DNA of 64,000 nt from a virus. Both the position numbers and the translations under genes were made by a program. Below, in pieces: positions 43,066 through 52,274 of the stretch. The stretch covers positions 1 through 64,000 of IMG/VR virus record IMGVR_UViG_3300047554_000303, one strand, 5' to 3'. The notes below the pieces were generated by a model. It did not search any database, was not told where the DNA came from, and saw only the letters and a program-made list of their open reading frames with translations. How positions within the stretch are numbered: position 1 is the first letter of the stretch; the number at the start of each line of letters is the position of its first letter.

Positions 43066-44466
43066 ATGTACGCAACACTAATCCTTAGCCAGTCCCCGTA
43101 CGGTGTACGCCAGACTGCTATCATCCCTACCACCAACAACGGTGTACGTATCTTGCACAGATGCGGCTTCGGTCGTGGCCTAGCTGCAACTTGGAGCGAA
43201 GCTTACCCAGATGCAGAAGCACTACAAGAGTATGTACTCAATGCACCTGTGTCACTAGCTATGACTCCAGCTCATGTACGTGACGCTGATGTCATGGCTC
43301 GTACTCCTAACAACGTACTGCAAGCACTAGGTAAGCGACTAGCCACAGCGTTCGTCCCTAGCAACTCCACTCTAGGTGAGCTATTAGACAATGTACTAGC
43401 CGCTTGTTCTACTAACCCTGCATCACTAGCCAAGTATGCACACAAGCAGTCAGTGACTGTGACTGTCCCTTCAGTAGCACCTGCACCACACCCTGTGACA
43501 GTGAGCGTCCACTACCCACAGACTAATGAGGTAGTACAAGAGCAGCTCACTCCGACTGCACCTGTAACCGAAGAGGTAATCAACATGGCTACACCTGCAC
43601 CACAGCCAGCCACAGTTACTGTGACTAACCGCTCGCTCAACACCTTGAACATCCCAGACGTTGAGCCGTACTTTGAGCGTTCGTTCGAAGACATCTCTGA
43701 GTCACGTATCTATGACTCTGCACGTAAGAACCAGTGGAATGTACTACTGACTGGTGATGCTGGTACAGGCAAGACATCATCTGCCCGTAACTATGCAGCA
43801 CAGCGCAAGCTCCCATTCGTAGTCATCGAATGTACTCAACAGATTGACAACAGCATTACTCAGGGTCGCTTCGTACCTGCTGAGGACGGCACGTCTATCA
43901 AGTGGGTGTACTCACAGCTAGCCACTGCTATCCAGCAGCCTTCGGTCATCTTGCTCAATGAGTTGACCCGTATGTCTCCCAAGTCATCCTCACTGTTCCT
44001 TCGCCTCATCTGGGAGCGTGAGCTATTGATTGAGCCATTCAACGAGGTTATCAAGGTACACCCAGAGTGCTTGTTCATTGCTGATGCCAACGTAGGTAAC
44101 AACTACAGCGGTACCATGCGACAGGACGGCGCACTGCTTGACCGCTTTGCTATCAAGCTTCCGTTCAGTTACGACGCTGAGCTTGAGGCCAAGTTCATCC
44201 CGTACCCTGCACTGCTAGGCTTTGCCACTGGTATCCGTACTGCGACCGAGCTAGGTCAGGAAGACTTCACTGTCCCACTGTCCACTCGTTTGCTACAGAC
44301 CTTCGTAGCACAAGTCAAGGAGTTCAGTTGGAGCTTCGCTGTCCAACGTCTGCTGTCCAACTTCCCTACCGACACTGGTGAGCGTGACGCTATCAAGCTT
44401 CGTATCGATGCTGACGCACCACGTATTGCTCGTGAGTTCGGTGTTGACTTAGCACCTACTGCCTAA
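43066..44466 (+). CDS. MoxR/CbbQ/CobS-like AAA+ ATPase
   Basis: Walker A GDAGTGKT, Walker B variant ILLNE, DGALLDRF, LSTR. Confidence 0.85.
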   Translation: MYATLILSQSPYGVRQTAIIPTTNNGVRILHRCGFGRGLAATWSEAYPDAEALQEYVLNAPVSLAMTPAHVRDADVMARTPNNVLQALGKRLATAFVPSNSTLGELLDNVLAACSTNPASLAKYAHKQSVTVTVPSVAPAPHPVTVSVHYPQTNEVVQEQLTPTAPVTEEVINMATPAPQPATVTVTNRSLNTLNIPDVEPYFERSFEDISESRIYDSARKNQWNVLLTGDAGTGKTSSARNYAAQRKLPFVVIECTQQIDNSITQGRFVPAEDGTSIKWVYSQLATAIQQPSVILLNELTRMSPKSSSLFLRLIWERELLIEPFNEVIKVHPECLFIADANVGNNYSGTMRQDGALLDRFAIKLPFSYDAELEAKFIPYPALLGFATGIRTATELGQEDFTVPLSTRLLQTFVAQVKEFSWSFAVQRLLSNFPTDTGERDAIKLRIDADAPRIAREFGVDLAPTA

Positions 44467-44492
44467 TCTAGAATAAACCTGAGGAGGTTATT

Positions 44493-46268
44493 GTGGCTAT
44501 CACCGTATACAACAATCAAGTAGACAAAGAATCTGTGCAGCGCATCTACGCTGCCAAGTTGCAGCAGAGCTTTGGCAAGTTTGCTCGTGCAATTGCTTTG
44601 CGAGACATCTCTGTGTCTATCGTCCCGCAACAGAGAGGGCTTCAGCCAGCACCTGCATGGAGCACAGACAACGGTCTGGTAGTTACTTACGACCAGAGCA
44701 AAGGGAGTGTGCTTGCTGCAAACAACCTGCTGCGACTCAAGGGCTTGGTCATTCATGAGCTATCTCACCTATTGTTTACGCCACGTAGTTTGACTGGTCT
44801 AGTCAAGTGGGTGCACGCACAGAACTACGGCTCCTCGTTCAACATTCTTGAGGACAATCGTATTGAGAACATGATGGTAGCCAAGATGTCTGGTATTGCA
44901 CCATGGCTAGTACACACTGTTGCAACAGAGTTACTGGCTGCCAGCAACCCAGACTTGCTTCCGCTTGTATGGGGTCGCAAGTATCTTGACTCCAACATCC
45001 GACTGCTTGCTCGTGATGAGTGGGCTAAGAAGTATGGTGCTGAGAATGCTGCTGAGGTGTGCAAGTATCTGGACAGATACGTACAGCTCAACCTTGGTGA
45101 CACTAAGAACTACACAGAAGCACAGGAGATTATTGCTGCGTTCCACACACTGTGTCAGTTGGCTGCTCCCACCTCTTCCCTTCATGGTCAGTCTTCATCT
45201 GCTCCTGAGAGCAATGGTGAGAAGCCTGAGTCACGTAGTGAGCAAGGCAAGCTACTCAAGCAGGTCGACATGTCTGAGCCTGAAGAAGATGAGTCAACTG
45301 CTGTGCACACATCCTCTGACTCGGAAGACACAGAGGACACTCCATCGTTGACTAAGCAACTACAGCGTGTTGCTGACGAGGCTTATACTGAGGTGTTAGA
45401 GGATGTAAAGAACACCATTGCTAACGTACGTAATGATGACGGTGTTGGCGAGGTACATGACCACGACAATGACAGGGGCAAAGGTAGGAGTGTGGTCAAC
45501 ATGCCGAGCTGGTCTTGGAGAAAGATTTACCCTTCTGCCGTTAGCATTCAAGCATCACGTAGGTTTGCTAATGAGCTTATCAATCTCAAGGCTGAGCATG
45601 ACCCAGGTTGGTTGCGCAAGACCAGCCAAGGCAAGGTCAATGTTCGACAGTTCATGCAGGGTGCTGACTTTGACGAGATGTTTGACCAGTGGTCTGAGGG
45701 CAACCAAGATGTCAGTGACATTGAGTGTGTGGTTCTTGTAGACAGCTCTGGTTCAATGCACGACATGCTGACCCCTGCTTACGAAGCTATGTGGACAATC
45801 AAGCGTGCACTAGATAGCATCAACGCTAGTACAACTGTTATACAGTTTGCTGACATGGGTGGTTGGCTATACAAAGCTGACGAGCGTGCACAGACATACA
45901 TCAAGACTGCGCCTAGTGGTGTCGGCGGCTCTACCTACCCGTTCTCTAGTCTCAAAGCTGCCAAAGAAATCCTGACTAACTCTCCACGTGCAATCAAGCT
46001 GCTGCTTGTTGTTACTGACGGTGCATGGGGTAGCCCACAAGCATGCGACCAGTTGATTACTGGTATGCGTACATCGGGAGTACTGACAAGCCTCGTGTTC
46101 TTGACTGAACCTTCTGAGAACATTCCTTACTACCTCCGCTCAGTTGATGGCGGCATAGCTGTTGACGGACACAAGTGTGAGTTCGTACAACACCTTACCA
46201 ACCCACTAGAGATTGTTGACGTAGCCAAAGCGATTACCAAGCGTGCACAACGTGCGCTTCTTGTATAG
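44493..46268 (+). CDS. VWA-domain protein with an N-terminal HExxH region (CobT-like partner)
   Basis: HELSH, NILEDNRIE, MIDAS DSSGSM, VVTDG. Confidence 0.85.
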   Translation: MAITVYNNQVDKESVQRIYAAKLQQSFGKFARAIALRDISVSIVPQQRGLQPAPAWSTDNGLVVTYDQSKGSVLAANNLLRLKGLVIHELSHLLFTPRSLTGLVKWVHAQNYGSSFNILEDNRIENMMVAKMSGIAPWLVHTVATELLAASNPDLLPLVWGRKYLDSNIRLLARDEWAKKYGAENAAEVCKYLDRYVQLNLGDTKNYTEAQEIIAAFHTLCQLAAPTSSLHGQSSSAPESNGEKPESRSEQGKLLKQVDMSEPEEDESTAVHTSSDSEDTEDTPSLTKQLQRVADEAYTEVLEDVKNTIANVRNDDGVGEVHDHDNDRGKGRSVVNMPSWSWRKIYPSAVSIQASRRFANELINLKAEHDPGWLRKTSQGKVNVRQFMQGADFDEMFDQWSEGNQDVSDIECVVLVDSSGSMHDMLTPAYEAMWTIKRALDSINASTTVIQFADMGGWLYKADERAQTYIKTAPSGVGGSTYPFSSLKAAKEILTNSPRAIKLLLVVTDGAWGSPQACDQLITGMRTSGVLTSLVFLTEPSENIPYYLRSVDGGIAVDGHKCEFVQHLTNPLEIVDVAKAITKRAQRALLV

Positions 46269-46423
46269 AGAGGAATACAAATGAATACAGAGCCAGAATA
46301 CTATTGCATCTTCTGTGAAGACTATGTAATGAACATCGACATGGCTATGAAGTGCTTACAATGTGGTGAGTACAAAGGGCTGGTCAAGGTCGGCCCAACA
46401 CAAACAAATGGAGAGGATAACTA

Positions 46424-46618
46424 ATGAACCGCTATGAAGTACACGTACACGTTGTCTACAAGATAGACGCCGCATCGCTAGAGGATGCCTACCGCAAGAT
46501 TAACGAGGGTGCCGAGTTCCCTGTCTTGCCTTACGACGATAATACTTATTGTGACGCTGTTGTTATTACAGACATTAAACAGTTGAGTGAAGCAGAACTA
46601 TCAGAGGAGACAGTGTGA
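46424..46618 (+). CDS. Hypothetical protein
   Basis: GAGGA RBS. Confidence 0.55.
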   Translation: MNRYEVHVHVVYKIDAASLEDAYRKINEGAEFPVLPYDDNTYCDAVVITDIKQLSEAELSEETV

Positions 46619-46908
46619 GCCTGTATTACGGAGTCAATGGAGAACCAATCACCTTAGAACAATGGGGTGAGATTATGGAGGATGTTGAGCAGAAAGTAGT
46701 TAAGCAAGACAGAGTAAATGGATTACTGGTGTCTACAGTTTGGCTTGGCATGAACCACAACTTCGGAGAAGGAGAGCCTCTTATTTACGAGACCATGGTT
46801 TTCCCAGAAGGTAGTTGGGAAGAGATGTACATGGAAAGGTACACCACCCGTGAGCAAGCAATCGCTGGGCATGAGGTAGCGTTGGAATGGACAAAGGAGC
46901 AGAAGTGA
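46615..46908 (+). CDS. Conserved phage hypothetical protein
   Basis: VSTVWLGMNHNF...IYETMVF...RYTTREQAIAGH. Confidence 0.7.
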   Translation: MSLYYGVNGEPITLEQWGEIMEDVEQKVVKQDRVNGLLVSTVWLGMNHNFGEGEPLIYETMVFPEGSWEEMYMERYTTREQAIAGHEVALEWTKEQK

Positions 46909-47015
46909 GTGAGGCAACTCAAATGTCAGACGGTCAAGACTGGACTGAACCAATCAAGTTGACCGCCGCTGAGTGGGAGCAGTTGAACGAAGCGTTAGAG
47001 GGAGAGCAGAAGTGA
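46905..47015 (+). CDS. 36-aa peptide
   Basis: Hand-translated; bounded by two GAGCAGAAGTGA junctions. Confidence 0.55.
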   Translation: MSEATQMSDGQDWTEPIKLTAAEWEQLNEALEGEQK

Positions 47016-47230
47016 GTGTAGAGAGCATTATCAACAACCCACCAAAGGTATTTACAGAGCCTTGCGAGGCTTGCGGAGTAAGTGAGTTTCAGCTAGGCGT
47101 CAGCCACGCAGAAGAACGCATTATCAAGTTGCTAGAAAAAGAAGCAAAAGGCTTCAACTTCATTAGAAATTTTTATGCGGAAGCCATAACTAGCGAACTA
47201 ATTGGCAAAATCAAAGGAGAGCAGAAGTGA
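47012..47230 (+). CDS. Hypothetical protein (EERIIKLLEK family)
   Basis: GTG start at the junction motif. Confidence 0.6.
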   Translation: MSVESIINNPPKVFTEPCEACGVSEFQLGVSHAEERIIKLLEKEAKGFNFIRNFYAEAITSELIGKIKGEQK

Positions 47231-47412
47231 GAGAGACATGGATGGGGTCAGGGGTCAACAGTACAATAAAGCTGTTTCACGTTACCTGCCCAAATTGTGA
47301 TACCGAATGGGCAGATGATTTTTATGTAGACGATTGGGGCAATGTAGAAGAAGAGATTAAATGCTACAAATGCAATGAGCCGTTTACGTTTACACATTAC
47401 AAAGGAGAGTAA
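47227..47412 (+). CDS. Zinc-ribbon protein
   Basis: CPNC...CYKC. Confidence 0.6.
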   Translation: MRETWMGSGVNSTIKLFHVTCPNCDTEWADDFYVDDWGNVEEEIKCYKCNEPFTFTHYKGE

Positions 47413-47414
47413 GA

Positions 47415-47729
47415 ATGGCAAGAACGAAAAAACCAGTTGACCGTCAAGCAGTCACTATCATCCAGGTGAAAGACCCTCTGTGTGCTCAGACTGACCCTGA
47501 GATGTTCTTCCCGTCCGACAGCAAGGGAGACGGGTACACCACCACCAAGTACGCAAAGGACATTTGCGCCCAGTGCGATTACACAGTGCAGTGCCTTATT
47601 ACAGCAATAATGAATAAAGAAGAGTATGGCATTTGGGGAGGCTCTAGCCCAAGAGACCGCCGAGCTATCAAGACTAGAACTCAGGCAATAACCTTCGTGA
47701 AGAAGTTAAAAGACGAACGCAAGAAGTAG
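47415..47729 (+). CDS. whiB: WhiB-family transcription factor
   Basis: CAQTDPEMFFP, CAQC..C, YGIWGG. Confidence 0.92.
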   Translation: MARTKKPVDRQAVTIIQVKDPLCAQTDPEMFFPSDSKGDGYTTTKYAKDICAQCDYTVQCLITAIMNKEEYGIWGGSSPRDRRAIKTRTQAITFVKKLKDERKK

Positions 47730-47743
47730 CCCAACACAAACAA

Positions 47744-47782
47744 AATGCGGGTCCATATGCTTCCATGCTATGGGCCCGCATT
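47744..47782. terminator. Hairpin between convergent transcription units
   Basis: AATGCGGGTCCATA...TATGGGCCCGCATT. Confidence 0.65.
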
Positions 47783-47793
47783 GTTATCTGCTA

Positions 47794-49281
47794 TTAGTCT
47801 TCTATAGAAGTCTTTATAATTCGGGTGGTTTGCTCCTCATTTAGAGGCTGTTCCATCTCCTTTAAGACGCTTGCTCGGTCACCGAAAATAGCGCTCAAAA
47901 CACCTCCGCTAGTCTCTCTACTAGCAGTGATTTGGACGAACTCTTTATTACTCTCCAAGTCCTTCATGTTTGCTATGAGCTTGAACAATCTGTCCACCTC
48001 TTGCGACACGTTCGGGTCAGCGTAGCCACCGTTCAATTCCTCTGCATACCGCATAAACATTACCCTCTGGCCTTGCATCTCTATTACAGATGTCAATAGG
48101 TCTTTGAGCTGTTCCTTAGTCTTTACCTCTACTGGCAAGTTAAATGCGCACATGTTATCTGGCTTAAATGCAGGGCAATTTGCGGCCACAAAACAGGTAT
48201 TACACTGCCTTAACGACGCTTGTTGCGAACGCACTACGGGCACATCTCTGAGGGTATCGTCAGCGTCTACAATCGTCTTAGATTCGAACCCAAAAACAGG
48301 TAGATTAACCTTTTCGGAGGGGTCTCTAGGTTCTACTTTTTTCCGCACTTCCATGTCCCTGTTATTAGAAGGGGTAGTGTCGAAATCCATCAAACCCGTA
48401 TATAGGGGTCCCTCGTTGTTATCTGCTAACATCTCCTCTAATGAGGGCAGTCCACCTTTTATAACACGTAGGTCTGGCTTATTCTTATCCATTTTTGCCT
48501 CTAACTGTAGGTACGACCAGACTGCAACTTTGGTCGCCTCTGTCGTATCGTCGTTTACGAACTTATCAAAATCTAACCCTGCTTGTGCTACTACGTTCTT
48601 ATACCGTAGACGAGCTTGGTCTTTCATTTTCTTTGGGTATCGAACTAGCTTCGTGCCGTCCCATACAATCGTCTCTCCTCGTCGCATGGGCGATGTCCAC
48701 GCCAGTGTGCTGGCAGTATCAAATGGAATCTGGCGTAGGTTATCTGGCTTGGCTGTGGCTAGGGCATGAAACTTTACGTCATTCTGCGCCTTGGCATTAC
48801 GAACTAATCCTGACAACGACGTTACCTTTTCTATGGCATCGCCAGGTATCGCTACGTTTGCGTACTCCTGCGCCCAGTCTCTCAATAACAACGTGTTATA
48901 CGTTTGGTGCCATACAACCCACATCTTTGGGTCATTCTGGAATGCGGCTCTGTTCTGGATTATCTTGGGCAGTCCCCAGACTTGGGAATCGAACTCTACC
49001 CAACCCTCTATTCTGTCGTAGTTTAGGGCTACGAACTCCTCGTAGTTTGCGGCATACTCCTCCAGCTCACGCTGTGATAATCCTGCTTTGTCTGCTTGGG
49101 TTGCTCCGCTGTCTACCCACACTTTCATGTGGGGCAAAAAATGCTCACCGATTAAATACGCCTTGGTCTTTGGTAAACCTCGTTTACACAATCCCCAGTA
49201 ATTCAACATCACGTTGGTAACACCACTGCGCTCCAACATGGTGCGGTTACTTGGAATCTCTACGCCACCGAAAATAATCAA
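47794..49281 (-). CDS. TGT/DpdA-like TIM-barrel domain fused to a Cys4 cluster and helical domain
   Basis: VMLNYW, WVDSGA, VVWH and KFHAL motifs; C-terminal CNTCFVAANCPAFKPDNMC. Confidence 0.55.
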   Translation of the reverse strand: MIIFGGVEIPSNRTMLERSGVTNVMLNYWGLCKRGLPKTKAYLIGEHFLPHMKVWVDSGATQADKAGLSQRELEEYAANYEEFVALNYDRIEGWVEFDSQVWGLPKIIQNRAAFQNDPKMWVVWHQTYNTLLLRDWAQEYANVAIPGDAIEKVTSLSGLVRNAKAQNDVKFHALATAKPDNLRQIPFDTASTLAWTSPMRRGETIVWDGTKLVRYPKKMKDQARLRYKNVVAQAGLDFDKFVNDDTTEATKVAVWSYLQLEAKMDKNKPDLRVIKGGLPSLEEMLADNNEGPLYTGLMDFDTTPSNNRDMEVRKKVEPRDPSEKVNLPVFGFESKTIVDADDTLRDVPVVRSQQASLRQCNTCFVAANCPAFKPDNMCAFNLPVEVKTKEQLKDLLTSVIEMQGQRVMFMRYAEELNGGYADPNVSQEVDRLFKLIANMKDLESNKEFVQITASRETSGGVLSAIFGDRASVLKEMEQPLNEEQTTRIIKTSIED

Positions 49282-49769
49282 TCTCCGAACCTCACTGTCT
49301 CGGTTCGAATCAACCTCTTATCCTGTGTCATCAACGCATTTTGTTTAGAAATGGCTTCTTCAATCTCTGTCCAGGCTCTTACCTTCTTGGGGGCGTCTGG
49401 CCTGAACTCTGGCCTTAAATACGTTGGTACACCAAACATCATGCTTGGAATACCCTGCTCAAATGCAAATGCCCATAATGAGGGGTTTGCGGTGATTAAT
49501 AAATCAATTGGCCCACGGGCTCTTGCGTGACGAATCTGCCGCTTCTTCAGCTCTTCGCCTTCTAATCCGACTGAACTGTCGATGATGTTATCGAAATCTA
49601 CTACCTTGTTCTCATCCAACCACTGCTTTACACGTGCTGGTGACAACTCTGTAATGAATGTAATTTGGTTATACGCACTCAGTGCGCCCGTGACTAACGC
49701 ACCCGCGGCAATCGGTTCATCATTTCTGAACCCGCGTAGTACTCCGTCTAAATCAACAACAATGTGCAT
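49278..49769 (-). CDS. HAD-superfamily protein
   Basis: IVVDLDGVL motif I. Confidence 0.65.
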   Translation of the reverse strand: MHIVVDLDGVLRGFRNDEPIAAGALVTGALSAYNQITFITELSPARVKQWLDENKVVDFDNIIDSSVGLEGEELKKRQIRHARARGPIDLLITANPSLWAFAFEQGIPSMMFGVPTYLRPEFRPDAPKKVRAWTEIEEAISKQNALMTQDKRLIRTETVRFGD

Positions 49770-49772
49770 AAA

Positions 49773-50660
49773 TTAAATACTATTACGGTATAACGCTGCT
49801 CGTCGTATTAATGTGCTTGTATCTGGCAACTCAACACCATACTGCTTGGTGTCATCCTGGAACTCTTTTATCTTACGCAAAATGTCGATGGCACCGCTGC
49901 GCTTGTTGGCTTGCCATCTGTAATTATTGAAATCATAATAACCTGCACCACCGCTAGAAAACGCTTCTCTACGGTTGCCATGAATCTCCTCAAACAACGC
50001 TTCTGCTTGTTGCTTGGCTGCAGTCATCTTGACCTCTGCATTGCGGCGGTAGGCGTCTGCGTGTGAGTTTTTAACGTCCTGTAATGCGCTGGTAAACCGC
50101 ATGTGAATCTGGTTTGCGGTCTTGGCGTCATTATCTGCCACAACATCCCACTCTGGGTTGGACGGGGCGTGCTGTGTAGGGTCTGGAGGAACTGTCCACT
50201 CATCGTACTTCAGGTCATACGCTGCGTACGGGTTTATACTACGGATGTCTGTAGCGCCTGGATTAACGTAAAATGTCAACTCATACCCGTGCCAGTTGCT
50301 GGTCTTTGGCTGCAACTCAGCACGGAACTTCTCGTTGATGTCCTGTGCAATCTCTTTATCGGTTAAACCAGCGTATTCTGGGTTGGCTTTACGGAATTGA
50401 ACGGCGTCTACACCAACCAAACAATCTAAATCACCTGGACTGCGATGAGCTGACCACTGGTAACTTACTCCTGAACCAGCCAACCATGGGTGTGACCATA
50501 ATTCAGAATGACGATAATAGTTTTGGAAAAACGTCTGCAATAACTCTAAAATACTTTGACGAACCCAGTTCTTAATCTTGCGATTTTCAAACAGGGTTGG
50601 GTCAAGTGTTGATGACGGCTCGCTAAAATACGACGTCGAATACTCACCCAGACCAGACAT
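49773..50660 (-). CDS. Pol-beta-superfamily nucleotidyltransferase
   Basis: LAGSGVSYQW...GDLDCLV...YELTFYV (GS plus DxD plus third acidic residue). Confidence 0.75.
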   Translation of the reverse strand: MSGLGEYSTSYFSEPSSTLDPTLFENRKIKNWVRQSILELLQTFFQNYYRHSELWSHPWLAGSGVSYQWSAHRSPGDLDCLVGVDAVQFRKANPEYAGLTDKEIAQDINEKFRAELQPKTSNWHGYELTFYVNPGATDIRSINPYAAYDLKYDEWTVPPDPTQHAPSNPEWDVVADNDAKTANQIHMRFTSALQDVKNSHADAYRRNAEVKMTAAKQQAEALFEEIHGNRREAFSSGGAGYYDFNNYRWQANKRSGAIDILRKIKEFQDDTKQYGVELPDTSTLIRRAALYRNSI

Positions 50661-50687
50661 ATGTCTAGTTTATAGAGTTATTAGATA

Positions 50688-50972
50688 CTATTCAGTCTTA
50701 AAACCACGTTCCTTTAGGGCGTCTTTTACCCTATCGGACACGCTTGGCTCTGTTGGGTTGATGGCACGCAGCACTGTCTCTGCTACTTTCTGCGCCAAGA
50801 TGGATGACTCAAACTCATCGACAACCTGCTTTGCAGTGGTATACACATCATAGTTATTTACTGGACGCTTAGCCTCAATACCCTCTTTTGGCATCTCTGG
50901 GAACGTCAGAATCTTTCCTTCTTCATCAATAACTGCAATGAAATAGGTCTCTGCTTTAATCGGATTAGTCAT
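50688..50972 (-). CDS. Hypothetical protein
   Basis: ORF track. Confidence 0.6.
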   Translation of the reverse strand: MTNPIKAETYFIAVIDEEGKILTFPEMPKEGIEAKRPVNNYDVYTTAKQVVDEFESSILAQKVAETVLRAINPTEPSVSDRVKDALKERGFKTE

Positions 50973-51525
50973 ACATGCCTCTCATGGCTCGCTTCTTAGT
51001 AACTGCTACAGTGTGGAATGGGCAGAAATGGCACAAATAAACCTTTGGAGCTCCTGAACTTGCGGGGTCTGGTAGTCCCAGCTCCATGCGCTCCTTGGCA
51101 GTCTTTGGCAACAACCTCTTGGCTTCCGACTCGTAGTCAGAACATCCAGGGTCTTTGGGGTATAGGTGGTACTTCCAGCACTCCATGGCGTCTTCTGCAA
51201 ACGTCATTTTGGTGTCGTAGAATGACTTGTCTGGGTCTAGCTCGTCAAGTCCAGCGGAACCGCCGCCCTTTAACTGCTTAATAATCTCTTTACGGTGGGC
51301 TAGGTTACCCCATGTCTTTACAGGGAGTAGAAACATCTTTCCCATGTGACGCTCACCGCTTGGGAACTCATGCTTCTCAAGGGTCAGCTCTAACAGAACG
51401 TCAGTCTCTGGAGGCCCGTCGTGTGGGGGCAGCTCATCAATGGTGTTACATACTAGGCATAAAACCAGTCTAATAACTGGCCCGTCCTTTATGTCTCTAG
51501 AACCAATTAGTGGTGCGTCAGACAT
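50965..51525 (-). CDS. Cys/His-rich hypothetical protein
   Basis: CLVC...C..H..C...CHFCPFH. Confidence 0.65.
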   Translation of the reverse strand: MSDAPLIGSRDIKDGPVIRLVLCLVCNTIDELPPHDGPPETDVLLELTLEKHEFPSGERHMGKMFLLPVKTWGNLAHRKEIIKQLKGGGSAGLDELDPDKSFYDTKMTFAEDAMECWKYHLYPKDPGCSDYESEAKRLLPKTAKERMELGLPDPASSGAPKVYLCHFCPFHTVAVTKKRAMRGMYD

Positions 51526-51818
51526 CAGTTCTTCTTGGCCTTGTTTGCTGCACGAGTAGCGGCGGCTTTCTTAGCGGCCTCAGAACGCTTACGCTTCTTC
51601 TCTTCTAGGGCGTCTGCCTCAGACTTCTCTGCCTCGTAGGTCTCAATTGCACCTGGAAACAGGTCACGCAGTAGGTCTTCTACCTGCTTTTCAACCTCTT
51701 CAATGGTTAAAACAGGTGCCACTGGTGTTGGGACAACCACTGGGGTTGCCTCTGTGTCGATGTCCATGTCAAGTAAGTCGGGCTTTTTCTTGCCGAACAA
51801 GTTTCTCCAAAATCCCAT
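51525..51818 (-). CDS. Hypothetical protein with a basic C-terminal helix
   Basis: KRSEAAKKAAATRAANK. Confidence 0.6.
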   Translation of the reverse strand: MGFWRNLFGKKKPDLLDMDIDTEATPVVVPTPVAPVLTIEEVEKQVEDLLRDLFPGAIETYEAEKSEADALEEKKRKRSEAAKKAAATRAANKAKKN

Positions 51819-51855
51819 GTTATGCTCCTTGTTAGTGGTGGGGTTTTATTCTAGC

Positions 51856-52071
51856 TTACTTTCCTGGGTTTACCTTCTGTGCGTCTGGGAACTCAGATGT
51901 TACAAACCCGTATCCGTAGAATGGGTGTAGGGACTGACGGTTGTCAAGGGTCAGCTCGTTGCCCTTTACATCTGAACCTAGCTCAGTGTCTGGGCGCATC
52001 TTGCGGTACTTACCGTCGGTAGAACCTTCGTTTAATCCTGCGTTCATGGAACGGCTGGTGTTTACTGCCAT
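51856..52071 (-). CDS. Hypothetical protein
   Basis: TAATG coupling. Confidence 0.6.
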   Translation of the reverse strand: MAVNTSRSMNAGLNEGSTDGKYRKMRPDTELGSDVKGNELTLDNRQSLHPFYGYGFVTSEFPDAQKVNPGK

Positions 52072-52274
52072 TAGGCCATCTTGCCTTTCACTCGTCGTGC
52101 ATTTCTGTCGTTCTTACAACTATTACAGATGCCTGCGTTGTACATCGCTTGTACAGGGTCCATGACTATTCCACACTGTGGACATGCGCTAGAACCTCTA
52201 TACAGTGTAGCATTCTGCATAACCTTGTATGCCTGTAACTCCATGGTCTCTGAACCGTCACCATCACCGAACAT
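52071..52274 (-). CDS. Zinc-finger protein
   Basis: CPQC...CNSC. Confidence 0.6.
   Translation of the reverse strand: MFGDGDGSETMELQAYKVMQNATLYRGSSACPQCGIVMDPVQAMYNAGICNSCKNDRNARRVKGKMA

Noticed and set aside
48104-49220. Long plus-strand ORFs (221 and 241 aa)
   Set aside because: Antisense to a motif-bearing minus-strand gene, with no recognisable features of their own.
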